64,000 nucleotides of DNA from Acidimicrobiales bacterium (GTDB taxonomy: Bacteria > Actinomycetota > Acidimicrobiia > Acidimicrobiales > Aldehydirespiratoraceae), in the NCBI GenBank assembly GCA_965116965.1, contig OZ220743.1, positions 303,262 through 367,261 of the forward strand, written 5' to 3'. Under the pieces are notes generated by a model. That model worked only from the letters and a program-made list of their open reading frames with translations, searched no databases and was not told the origin of the DNA. Below, one piece after another: positions 16,313 to 25,009 of this stretch. The translations under genes and the position numbers were made by a program. The stretch's first letter is position 1. Every line of letters begins with the position of its first letter.

Positions 16313-17352
16313 CCGCCGCCGACACCGCCCCTCCGGCACGCACGGCCCGCACCCCCCGCAAGCCCCGCGACAGGGTCCGCAAGGCCAGCTTCACCCGAGC
16401 CCTCAACAACGCCTTGGACCTGGCCATGGACAAGCATCCCGAGATGTTCCTGATCGGGGAGGACATCGCCGAGATGGGCGGCGACTTCGGCGTGACCAAG
16501 GGGCTGCTGGCCAAGTACGGGCCCGAGCGGGTGCGGGACACCCCCCTGTCGGAGGCGGCCATCATCGGCACCTGCGCGGGCGCGGCCATGGTCGGCATGC
16601 GCCCGGTGGCCGAGATCATGTTCGCCGACTTCATCGCCGAGTGCTACGACCAGGTCGTCAACAACGTGGCCAAGCTCCACTACATGTTCGACGGGCAGTT
16701 CAAGGCTCCCCTGGTGATCCGCACCGCCTGCGGGGGCGGGTTCGGCGGCGGGCCGCACCACTCCCAGAGCGTGGAGGGCTGGTTCCTCAACGTGCCCGGC
16801 ATCGTGATCGTGGCACCGTCGAACCCGGTCGACGCCAAGGGCCTGCTGCTGGCGTCGATCGACAGCGACGACCCTGTGCTGTTCCTGGAGCACAAGGCCC
16901 TGTACCGCAGCCGGGCCGAGGTGCCCCCCGAGTACTACACCACCCCATTGGGGAAGGCCTCGATCGCCCGCGAGGGCACCGACGTGACGGTGGTGGCGGC
17001 CATGCGCATGGTACCGATGGCGCTGGAGGCGGCCGAGCGGGCTGTCGCCGACGGCATCTCGGTCGAGGTGGTGGACCTGCGGACGATCCGGCCCTACGAC
17101 GCGGCCACCGTGCTGGCCTCGGCATCGAGGACGGGCCGGGTGGTGGTGGCCAACGAGGCTCCCAGGGTCGGCGGGCTGGGCGCGGAGGTGAGCGCCCGCA
17201 TCAGCGAGGAGTGCTTCGCGGAGCTTCGGGGTCCGGTGGTGAGGGTGGACGGCCTCGACACACCCATCCCCTTCTCGGTGCCCCTCGAGGACGTCGTGCT
17301 CCCCGGCGCCGCCGACATCGCCGCGGCCATCAAGACCGCCGCCCAGTACTGA
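16309..17352 (+). CDS. 2-oxoacid dehydrogenase E1 beta
   Basis: ATGA overlap with E1 alpha. FLIGEDIAEMGGDFGVTKGL and the transketolase-like C-terminal domain are present. Confidence 0.88.
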
Positions 17353-17469
17353 TCCCGACAACCCCGACGGGGCACCTACACGACAGAGGGAATCCGATCG
17401 TGCAGATCTCCATTGGTCCCTCTCCCCAAATAGTGCAAGTTGATCGAAGGGGTCGATCCTAAGGCCGAA

Positions 17470-17967
17470 CTGCTCCTCGTCTACTTCGCTGCCGTCGCCC
17501 CGTATGTGATGGACCGTCGTCGCGTTGTTGTGCAGGTGCAGCGCGCGAGTGATCAGCAGTCGACGATGGCAGTCTGTGGGGTCTTCCTCGCTGCACATCA
17601 TTGCCACGCGCCACTGCGATGCTCCCTCCAACAACCGCGACAGTCCGTCACGGAAACGTGGGACCTCTGCCAAATGCCCGTACAGCACTCGGCCCTCGCT
17701 GTCATAGAGTTCAGGCTCGTCAGGTCGACCGCCGAGTTCCCGACCCAGGAACACGTACTGCAATCCTGCGTCGGCCAGCAGCTCTCGCAGCGGGCTCTGG
17801 CTGAAATGGGAGGCGTAGCGGGCGTACGGCTGTGATCTAACGTCCGCCACCACGTCGATGCGGAAACTCCTGAGCAGCGTGATAAAGCGTTCACCGGAGT
17901 GGTTGGAGTGACCGATGGTCCACAACTCAGTTCTGCGGAGCCCTGCTTGTTCGCCCACCTCCGTCAC
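17470..17967 (-). CDS. DUF488 family protein (conserved part; the ORF formally runs on to 16282)
   Basis: LWTIGHSNHS..VVADVRSQP..YVFLGRELGG..AMMCSEEDPTDCHRRLL is a typical DUF488 pattern. No in-frame stop occurs before 16282, so the ORF runs antisense through E1 beta. Confidence 0.65.
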
Positions 17968-18195
17968 TCTACGCCGTGCCTACGACGCACAGCCCGTAAC
18001 CAACCCGACCTATGCAGGAATACGCCGATACATCGTGGAGGGTCGCCCACCGATGGCCTGCATGCTGACGGTCGTCCGACATTCGGCTTGCATGGTATTC
18101 GGTGCCGCGTGGGCCATTGAGACGGCGCTGGGGTAGGAAGTGCCCCGCAAACCCGTTATCTCATCAACACAGCCACCAACGTGTGAGGAGATGGA

Positions 18196-18465
18196 ATGGC
18201 GACCAATGTGATCCTGCCCAAGTGGGGGCTGACCATGGAGGACGGCACCGTTGTGGCCTGGTACGTCGACGAGGGCGACCATGTGGTCAAGGGCGAGGTG
18301 ATCGCCGAGGTGGAGACCGAGAAGGTGGAGACCGAGCTGGAGGCGCCCTGTGCCGGGGTGGTGGCCCGGATCCTGGTCGACGAGGACGAGACCGTGGACG
18401 TGGGCACCGTTCTGGCCGTGATCGCCGACCACGAGGCTGAGGCGGCGACCATTGCGGGGGGCTAG
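18196..18465 (+). CDS. stand-alone lipoyl-attachment domain protein (89 aa, E2 N-terminal domain only)
   Basis: ILPKWGLTMEDGTVVAW...VIAEVETEKVETELEAP carries the lipoyl-lysine motif. No subunit-binding or acyltransferase domain follows. Confidence 0.85.
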   Translation: MATNVILPKWGLTMEDGTVVAWYVDEGDHVVKGEVIAEVETEKVETELEAPCAGVVARILVDEDETVDVGTVLAVIADHEAEAATIAGG

Positions 18466-18467
18466 CC

Positions 18468-19244
18468 GTGAGACCTGATCGCTTCGACGGCGACACCGCG
18501 CTGATCACCGGCTCGTCCAGGGGCATCGGCGCGGCAACCGCCCGGGCGTTCGCAGCCGAGGGCGCCCGAGTGGCGGTCAACTACCGCAGCGACGCCGACG
18601 GCGCGGTCACCACCCGTCAGGCCATCTCCGACGCAGGCGGCACAGCCGAGGTGTTCCAGGCCGACATCGGCCGCGAGGACGACGTGGCCCGGCTCTCCCG
18701 CGAGGTGGAGACTTCGCTGGGGCCGGTGTCGATCCTGGTCAACAACGCGGCTCTCATCGACCGCTCCTCGATGTCCGACCTGTCCCTGGAGTCCTTCGAC
18801 ACGGTCTGGCACGCCAACGTGCGGGGTCTGCTTCAGTTGAGCCAGCTGGTGGCGCCAGGAATGGTCGAGCGGGGCCGCGGCGCCATCGTTCACGTCAGCT
18901 CGATCCTGGCCCGGCTCGCGGTGGTCAACCGCTGCGCCTACATAGCGTCGAAGGGCGCGGTCGAGGGGCTGACCCGGGCCATGGCCCTGGAACTCGGCCC
19001 CAAGGGAGTGAGGGTCAACGCGGTGGCGCCCGGGCTCATCGCCACCGAGGCTCTGCTGGCCGGGATGCCGGACCCCGACCTCCAGACCGCCATCCAGCGC
19101 CACATACCCGAGGGCCGCTTCGGGCGGCCCGAGGAGATCACTGCCGCCATCCTGTTCGCGGCCTCGCCGGAGGCGAGCTACCTCAACGGCGCGATCATCC
19201 CCGTCGACGCCGCTCTGGGCGCCCGCGAGTCCACCCCCGCCTGA
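18468..19244 (+). CDS. SDR-family oxidoreductase (FabG-like)
   Basis: ITGSSRGIGAA, NNAA and YIASKGAV motifs. Confidence 0.9.
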   Translation: MRPDRFDGDTALITGSSRGIGAATARAFAAEGARVAVNYRSDADGAVTTRQAISDAGGTAEVFQADIGREDDVARLSREVETSLGPVSILVNNAALIDRSSMSDLSLESFDTVWHANVRGLLQLSQLVAPGMVERGRGAIVHVSSILARLAVVNRCAYIASKGAVEGLTRAMALELGPKGVRVNAVAPGLIATEALLAGMPDPDLQTAIQRHIPEGRFGRPEEITAAILFAASPEASYLNGAIIPVDAALGARESTPA

Positions 19245-19318
19245 CAGGCTGTAGGCATTCTGAGCGAAGAAACCAGCCGTATGGGCCAATAACCGCAAAC
19301 AGAACGGCGAGGGAGCGA

Positions 19319-20281
19319 GTGGTGATCAGCGTCAACCGTGAGGCCATGAAGACGGTACGGCTCATCCTGGAGGCGGCCGATGCGCTGGGCGTGAACGTCG
19401 AACGGCTCGACAACGGCGCCACCGTCGTCGACATGGGACTCGAGGCCGAGGGCGGCTGGCGGGCCGCCCAGCTCTACACCCTGGCCAGCCTGGGCGGGCT
19501 GGGCATCGTCAGCTACGAGCCCTTCGATCTGGACGGGCGGATGCTCACCGCGGTGCGGGTGATGATCGACCGCCCCATCGAGGCCTGCGTGGCGTCGCAG
19601 ATCGCGGGATGGCGGCTCCAGGCTCCCGGCACCGAGCACGCCGCCATCCTGGCCGGGCCGGGCCGGGCCCTGAACCGCGACAGCCTCGACCACTACTTCG
19701 AGTGGATCGACTACCGCGACGACCACCACGAGTCGGTGGTGGCCATCCAGACCTCCGAGCCGGTCCCGGTGGCGATGGCCGACATGATCGCCTCGGCGTG
19801 CCGGGTCGACCCCGGCGACCTGTATGTGCTCTTCGCGCCCAACCGCAGTCTGGTGACCGCGGTGCAGGTGGCAGCCCGGATCGTGGAGCAGTCCATCCAC
19901 CGGCTGGCCGAGGAGGGCATGGACCTGCGCGGCCTGCGCTACGCCTACGGCCTGGGGGTGGTGCCGCCCCTGGTGGACGACGACCTGATCTCGATGGGCC
20001 GCATCAACGACAGCCTGCTGTACGGCGGCATCTCCAACGTCACCGTCGAGGGCGACGACGCCCAGTGCGCCGAGATCGTGGAGCGAGTGGTGTCCGTCGC
20101 CTGCGAGGCCTACGGACGGCCGTTCATCGAGATCTACGAGGACGCCGGGCGGGACTTCTACGAGATACCCATCGAGATGCACTCCCCGGCCGAGATCCAC
20201 CTCACCAACCTGGCCAGCGGCCGGACCTTCAGCGCGGGGCGCATCAACTACGAAGTGCTGACCGCCTCATTCTTCGGCTAA
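19319..20281 (+). CDS. mch: methenyltetrahydromethanopterin cyclohydrolase (Mch) family protein
   Basis: The 320-aa length and end-to-end pattern (NGATVVDMG, SLGGLG, ASQIAGW, AGPGRAL, APNRSL..VQVAARIVE, GRINDSLLYGG, YGRPF..DFYEI..SPAE) match Mch as I recall it. Confidence 0.75.
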   Translation: MVISVNREAMKTVRLILEAADALGVNVERLDNGATVVDMGLEAEGGWRAAQLYTLASLGGLGIVSYEPFDLDGRMLTAVRVMIDRPIEACVASQIAGWRLQAPGTEHAAILAGPGRALNRDSLDHYFEWIDYRDDHHESVVAIQTSEPVPVAMADMIASACRVDPGDLYVLFAPNRSLVTAVQVAARIVEQSIHRLAEEGMDLRGLRYAYGLGVVPPLVDDDLISMGRINDSLLYGGISNVTVEGDDAQCAEIVERVVSVACEAYGRPFIEIYEDAGRDFYEIPIEMHSPAEIHLTNLASGRTFSAGRINYEVLTASFFG

Positions 20282-20310
20282 TGGTCGGTGATACGCTCAA
20301 AGATAATGTG

Positions 20311-20339
20311 TTGCATTGACTTATCCTGCCGATTAGGGT
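20311..20339 (+). promoter_or_regulatory. candidate leaderless promoter TTGCAT-17 nt-TAGGGT
   Basis: -35 at 20311-20316 and -10 at 20334-20339. The ATG at 20346 starts 7 nt after the -10 and has no SD sequence. Confidence 0.4.
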
Positions 20340-20345
20340 GACAGC

Positions 20346-20822
20346 ATGGCGGCATCAGAGGCGTTCATTGCTCAAGGCGAAGGCCCGTCGACTGCTGCCA
20401 GTCCGGTGGCCATGGCGTCTGGACCGGTCGCCGCGTCGCCGCTCTGGCCCCAGCTCATCCCGGTCGCGCAGCTGCTCGCCATCGTCCTGGGAGTGCTGGG
20501 GATCATCTGGCATCAGCAACAGACCACCGACAGCCTCCGCAGCGAGTTGACCGCCGACATCAACCGCGTCGAGACCACACTGACCGCCGACATCAACCGC
20601 GTCGAGACCACACTGACCGCCGACGTCAACCGCGTCGAGACCGGACTCGACCAACTGCGCGCCGACCTGACGGCCGAGATCAACGGCGTCGAAACCGGAT
20701 TGCGGACCGAACTCGGCGGCGCGATCGAGGAACTGCGCGCCGAGGTGGCCAACAACGGTCAGCGGCTAGCCCGCATCGAAGGCTTCCTCGGGACCGACAT
20801 CCCGGACGATCCGACACAATGA
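20346..20822 (+). CDS. N-terminally anchored membrane protein with 11-residue amphipathic repeats (158 aa)
   Basis: TM helix LWPQLIPVAQLLAIVLGVLGIIW, then LTADINRVETT repeats and a coiled-coil tail ending ARIEGFLG. Confidence 0.6.
   Translation: MAASEAFIAQGEGPSTAASPVAMASGPVAASPLWPQLIPVAQLLAIVLGVLGIIWHQQQTTDSLRSELTADINRVETTLTADINRVETTLTADVNRVETGLDQLRADLTAEINGVETGLRTELGGAIEELRAEVANNGQRLARIEGFLGTDIPDDPTQ
20548..20646 (+). repeat. 33-bp tandem repeat x3 inside the CDS (11-aa repeat LTADINRVETT)
   Basis: 20548-20580 equals 20581-20613. The third copy, 20614-20646, has a few substitutions. Confidence 0.9.
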
Positions 20823-20826
20823 GACG

Positions 20827-21549
20827 GTGACATCGCAGCCGACCCCAGTGGCGATCATCACGGGAGGCGGATCGGGCATCGGCTTGGCTTGCGCAGCCGC
20901 CTTGTCGACAAGAGGCACGCGCTGCGTGCTCGTCGGGCGACGAGAGATGAGACTGCGGGCTGCGGCCGAGAGCCTGGCCTCCCCTGCTGTCCCGCTGGCT
21001 GCGGACCTCACCGAGCCTGGAGAAGCGGAAGGTGTGGTCCAACGGACGCTCGCGGCCCATGGCCGGATCGACGTGATGGTGCATAGCGCCGGGGTGTTCG
21101 AGAAGGCGCCGGCAGCCGAGGTCGCGCCGGACCATTGGCAGCGGGTGCTGGACATCAACCTGAGTGCGGTCATGGCTTTGACCCGTGCGGGCTGGGAGGC
21201 GCTGAGCGGCTCCGGCGGCCAGATAGTGCTCATCAGCAGCATCGCTGCCGTTCACCCCTTCGAAGGCAACGCGGCCTACGCGGCGTCCAAGGGAGGGCTC
21301 GACGCGCTGGGCGAGGTGCTGCGGCTGGAGGGGCGGGACCGCGGCATCAGGGTGATCACACTGTCCCCCGCCCAGATCGACACAGAGCTGTGGGATGGCA
21401 GGGCCCCCGATTCTGTCCGGGCCCGGATGATGCCCGCGTCCGGAGTGGGAGAGCTGGTGGCGAGCCTGGTTGGCGCCGACCGTCGAATCGACATCGGACC
21501 GGTCGTCATCAGACCCGTACACGATCCTTGGGTCGAGCCCGAACGGTGA
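20827..21549 (+). CDS. SDR-family oxidoreductase
   Basis: ITGGGSGIGLA and YAASKGGL motifs. Confidence 0.88.
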   Translation: MTSQPTPVAIITGGGSGIGLACAAALSTRGTRCVLVGRREMRLRAAAESLASPAVPLAADLTEPGEAEGVVQRTLAAHGRIDVMVHSAGVFEKAPAAEVAPDHWQRVLDINLSAVMALTRAGWEALSGSGGQIVLISSIAAVHPFEGNAAYAASKGGLDALGEVLRLEGRDRGIRVITLSPAQIDTELWDGRAPDSVRARMMPASGVGELVASLVGADRRIDIGPVVIRPVHDPWVEPER

Positions 21550-22529
21550 CCGCCGGCGAGCTTGCGCTCGGCCTTCAGATCGTCCCGACGATGGGCTCGG
21601 CCGAGCTGATCGACACCATCGTCACCGCCGAGGAGCTCGGCTACTCATACTGCATGGTGGCCGACGAGGGCCTGATGCTCGACGTGTACGCCGTGCTCGG
21701 TGCGGCAGCGCAAGTCACCAGCACCATCCGCCTGGGAGCGGTCACCAACCCCTACACCCGCCATCCGGCCGCCACTGCGGCCGCCATCGCCACCGTCGAC
21801 GAGATGAGCGGGGGCCGAGCCTTCGTGACGCTGGTGGCCGGCGGCACGATGGTGCTGCATCCGATGGGGCTCGAACGGTCCGCTCCGCTGGCGATGATGG
21901 CCGACGCCATCGAAGCGCTCCGGCTGCTGTGGCGGGGCGAGCCGGTCACCTGGCGGGGACGCAGACTCTCGCTGGAGGGCGCCCAGCTCACCACCGGCAC
22001 CCACTCGATCCCGATCTGGGTCGCGGCCCGCGGCGAGCGGATGCTGGCGGTGGCCGGCGCCCACGCCGACGGCCTGGTGCTGATGGTGAAGTCCGACCTG
22101 GGCGACGCGTTCGGCCTGGCCGAGCAAGCCCGAGTGACGGCCGGCGCCAAGCCGCTCACCCGCGTGTACCTCGACCGTCTGGCGTACAAGCGCGAGATGA
22201 TCGCGGAGGCCAAGCACCTCTACGGCTACGCCATCATGGACAGCCCACCCCGGATCCTCAAGAACCTAGGCCTGAACGAAGCCGAGGTCGCCGGCCTGAA
22301 GCAGGCCTTCACCGATGGAGGCCCCGAAGCCGTCGGCCGGCTGGTGACCGACGAGCTGGTCGCCTCATACCAGATCGCGGGCACGCCGGCGGAGTGCCGC
22401 AGCCAGCTCCAGCACCTGATCGGCGCGCACCGACTCAACGCCTTCTTCGTCAACATCATCTCGCCCGGCCTGGCCGCCAATCGCGAACTGCTGTCCGAAG
22501 TGGTCTCCATCGCCGCCAAGCGTGCGTGA
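21546..22529 (+). CDS. luciferase-like (LLM) F420-dependent oxidoreductase, Mer-like
   Basis: GTGA overlap with the upstream SDR. TIM-barrel LLM pattern LGLQIVP..AEELGYSYCMVADE..TNPYTRHPA..GTPAECRSQL. Confidence 0.75.
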   Translation: MTAGELALGLQIVPTMGSAELIDTIVTAEELGYSYCMVADEGLMLDVYAVLGAAAQVTSTIRLGAVTNPYTRHPAATAAAIATVDEMSGGRAFVTLVAGGTMVLHPMGLERSAPLAMMADAIEALRLLWRGEPVTWRGRRLSLEGAQLTTGTHSIPIWVAARGERMLAVAGAHADGLVLMVKSDLGDAFGLAEQARVTAGAKPLTRVYLDRLAYKREMIAEAKHLYGYAIMDSPPRILKNLGLNEAEVAGLKQAFTDGGPEAVGRLVTDELVASYQIAGTPAECRSQLQHLIGAHRLNAFFVNIISPGLAANRELLSEVVSIAAKRA

Positions 22530-22935
22530 ACTCGCCGGGAGCGATCTCGCGCGCCGTCTCGGCCCGAACCATTTCCATCACGTGCGCGGAGCGACGCTCC
22601 CACAACGCGGCCGGCCCGACGTGCAGGAACGGGGAGCGCAGGCTCTCCATCAGCACCGCGATCATGTCGGTGTCCTCGGTGTTGGTGCGGTCGATATCGT
22701 CGAGAGGCTCCTCGGCCGCGGCCTCATCGCCGTCACTCGTGCAGACCCGCGTCACCAGCCTGGTCGAGGTCGGTGTCAACGGTTCGTTGCGCACCGTCAC
22801 CAGCTGCCCCGTGGACGCGGACCATCTCCCGCTCGAAGAGTTGTGGATCGAATACCTCGCGGGGCTCGAGCAGCGGCGTGCCCGCGGTCACGGGCACGAG
22901 ACCTTCGGCATCGTCGTGGGGTGTCGGCGTGATAT
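22456..22935 (-). pseudogene. hypothetical gene apparently split by a +1 frameshift (ORFs 22733-22935 and 22456-22800)
   Basis: Both pieces show a coding-like third-position GC bias and overlap by 68 nt. The frame switch coincides with a GGGG run (cacggggcagc). No family recognised. Confidence 0.3.
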
Positions 22936-23871
22936 TCATCGGATTCCTCGCACGAAGGGCCGGGAGAGCGCATCCGGTGCCCGCACTCGCTTGGCGAACA
23001 GGGCCATGCCCGCGATCGTCAACAAGAACGGCGCCGAGGTGACGATCTGGTTGTTGATCTGGTAACCGAGCGCGGGCAGCGAGAGACGGAAGGAGACCAC
23101 CGTGCCGAACAGCAGGCAGCCCGCGATCGAGCCCCGAAGCGTCCAGCCTCCGAAGATGACCGCGGCGATGGAGATGAAGCCGCGCCCGCCGACTATCGAG
23201 TCCTCGAACGAGCCGACCACCGCGAGGCACAGATAGGTGCCGCCTGCGCCGCACGTGATGCCGGCGACATAGATGGCCTGGCGGCGTCGACGATTGACGT
23301 GGATGCCCGACGCGTCGGCCGACTGCGGGTTCTCGCCCACCGACCGCGCCTCGAGCCCCCAGCGCGTCCTGTAGACGAGCCAACAGCACGCCGGGATCAG
23401 CGGGTAGATGAGATAGAGCAGCCACGATTGGTCGAACAGCGCCCGGCCCACGAGCGGGATCTCGGAGAGCAGCGGGATCGTGACGGTGGGAGCCCGGCGA
23501 GTGGCCGGGTCCAGTTCACCGTCCAGGAATCCGGCCAGACCGAACACCAGGATGTTCAGGGCCAGCCCCACCACGAACTGATCGGCCTGGAGGCGATGAC
23601 TCATCTGGGCTTGCACCCCCGCGACCACCAGGGCCGCTCCGATGCCGAACAGGAGCGAGACGAATAGGTTGTTGGTGAGATCGAATCCCGCAGCCGCAGC
23701 GAAGGCGCCCGCGAGCAGCATGCCCTCGATCGAGATGTTCAGTGTCCCGGCACGCTCGGCCACCCACTCGCCGACCGCGCCGAAGGCGAGGAAGGCGGCA
23801 AAGCTCACTGCCGAGACGTAGGACGATTCGCTCGTCAGGATGTCGCCCAGGGCGTTGAAGAATCCGCCCAT
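22936..23871 (-). CDS. ABC transporter permease (BMP/nucleoside-type system)
   Basis: 311-aa polytopic membrane protein. Its start is adjacent to the upstream permease stop. Confidence 0.85.
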   Translation of the reverse strand: MGGFFNALGDILTSESSYVSAVSFAAFLAFGAVGEWVAERAGTLNISIEGMLLAGAFAAAAGFDLTNNLFVSLLFGIGAALVVAGVQAQMSHRLQADQFVVGLALNILVFGLAGFLDGELDPATRRAPTVTIPLLSEIPLVGRALFDQSWLLYLIYPLIPACCWLVYRTRWGLEARSVGENPQSADASGIHVNRRRRQAIYVAGITCGAGGTYLCLAVVGSFEDSIVGGRGFISIAAVIFGGWTLRGSIAGCLLFGTVVSFRLSLPALGYQINNQIVTSAPFLLTIAGMALFAKRVRAPDALSRPFVRGIR

Positions 23872-23872
23872 G

Positions 23873-25009
23873 TCAGACCCTCACCCGGCGGAGCGCGGCG
23901 GCCCGGCGGCGGGCTCGGATGAACAGCACGGCCGGCGGGATGAGCAGCGCCAGTACCAGCGACGCCTGGACGACATCGGTGATGCGCCGCTCGACGCCGG
24001 TCGCGGCGAGGAAGCCCGATCCGGTCCACAAGCAGGCGAACACGAACGCCACCACGACCGCCGCGCCGGCTCGCTCGCGAGCGACCAGCGCCACCAGCAG
24101 TCCTGTCCAACCGAAGTTGATGGAGAAGCCAGGTGAGAACCGGTAGCCGCCGAAGTCGCCGCCGGTCAGCATGAAGACCCCGGCGAGTCCGGCGAACCCG
24201 CCCGAAATGAGCATCGCGGTGATGCCGTACCGAGCCGGCTTGACGCCGGCGCGGGTCGCGGTCCGCGGGTTGCTCCCGAGCATCCGGAGGCGGAACCCCC
24301 ACACGGTGCGCGCCAGGACGAGCGCGACCACCGCGGCCAGAATCACCGCGACGAAGGCGGCGATCGGGAACTCGTTGCCGAACAGGGTGATGCGGGGAAT
24401 GCGGGCTCCCTCAGGAACCCGGAGCGTCTGCTGCACCTGGGTTCCCTGGCCTTCCGAGAGCGGCGCCAGCAGCAGCCTCTCCGACGAGAACCCGAAGGCG
24501 ATCACTTGCGAAGCCACCGCAACCAGCAGCAGCGTCGTCAGGACCTCGGGGACGTCGCGCCAGTAGCGCAGGGCGGCCGCCAGCCCCGCCCAGACTGCGC
24601 CCCCGGCGACGCCCGCCGCGGTCAGGGCGAAGAACAGGAGGGCACCGGGCGCGTCGAGATGGACCGCCACGATGGCCGCGCAGGCCCCGCCGAGGAGCAA
24701 TTGGCCCTCCTGACCGATGTTCACCAGGCCGGCCTTGGCATTGACGATCGTTCCCAGGGCAATGGTGAGCAGGGGGATCGCCCCGCCGATGGTGGTTCCC
24801 CAGCGGCCCGGATTGCGGATGCTGCCGTCGATGAGCGCGGAGGCCACGCTGCGCCACGATCCACCGGTGGCGGAGACCAGTACCGCCGACAGGGCGAGCG
24901 CGCCCAGGATGCTCAGCACGTACAGGCCGACGATCTCGGAGAGTCGGCCGGCCAGAGCGTCCCGCCTCGCCCGAGTCGGCCTCAACGCCCGGACGATCGG
25001 CGCCGTCAT
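23873..25009 (-). CDS. ABC transporter permease
   Basis: The ATG at 25009 forms an ATGA overlap with the ATPase stop. Polytopic, 378 aa. The longer listed ORF start at 25342 lies inside the ATPase gene. Confidence 0.85.
   Translation of the reverse strand: MTAPIVRALRPTRARRDALAGRLSEIVGLYVLSILGALALSAVLVSATGGSWRSVASALIDGSIRNPGRWGTTIGGAIPLLTIALGTIVNAKAGLVNIGQEGQLLLGGACAAIVAVHLDAPGALLFFALTAAGVAGGAVWAGLAAALRYWRDVPEVLTTLLLVAVASQVIAFGFSSERLLLAPLSEGQGTQVQQTLRVPEGARIPRITLFGNEFPIAAFVAVILAAVVALVLARTVWGFRLRMLGSNPRTATRAGVKPARYGITAMLISGGFAGLAGVFMLTGGDFGGYRFSPGFSINFGWTGLLVALVARERAGAAVVVAFVFACLWTGSGFLAATGVERRITDVVQASLVLALLIPPAVLFIRARRRAAALRRVRV

Noticed and set aside
17968-18195. The 228-bp intergenic region upstream of the lipoyl-domain gene as a riboswitch or small RNA.
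   Set aside because: I could not identify any conserved riboswitch core or a stable extended stem by eye. It probably holds divergent promoters for the DUF488 and lipoyl genes.
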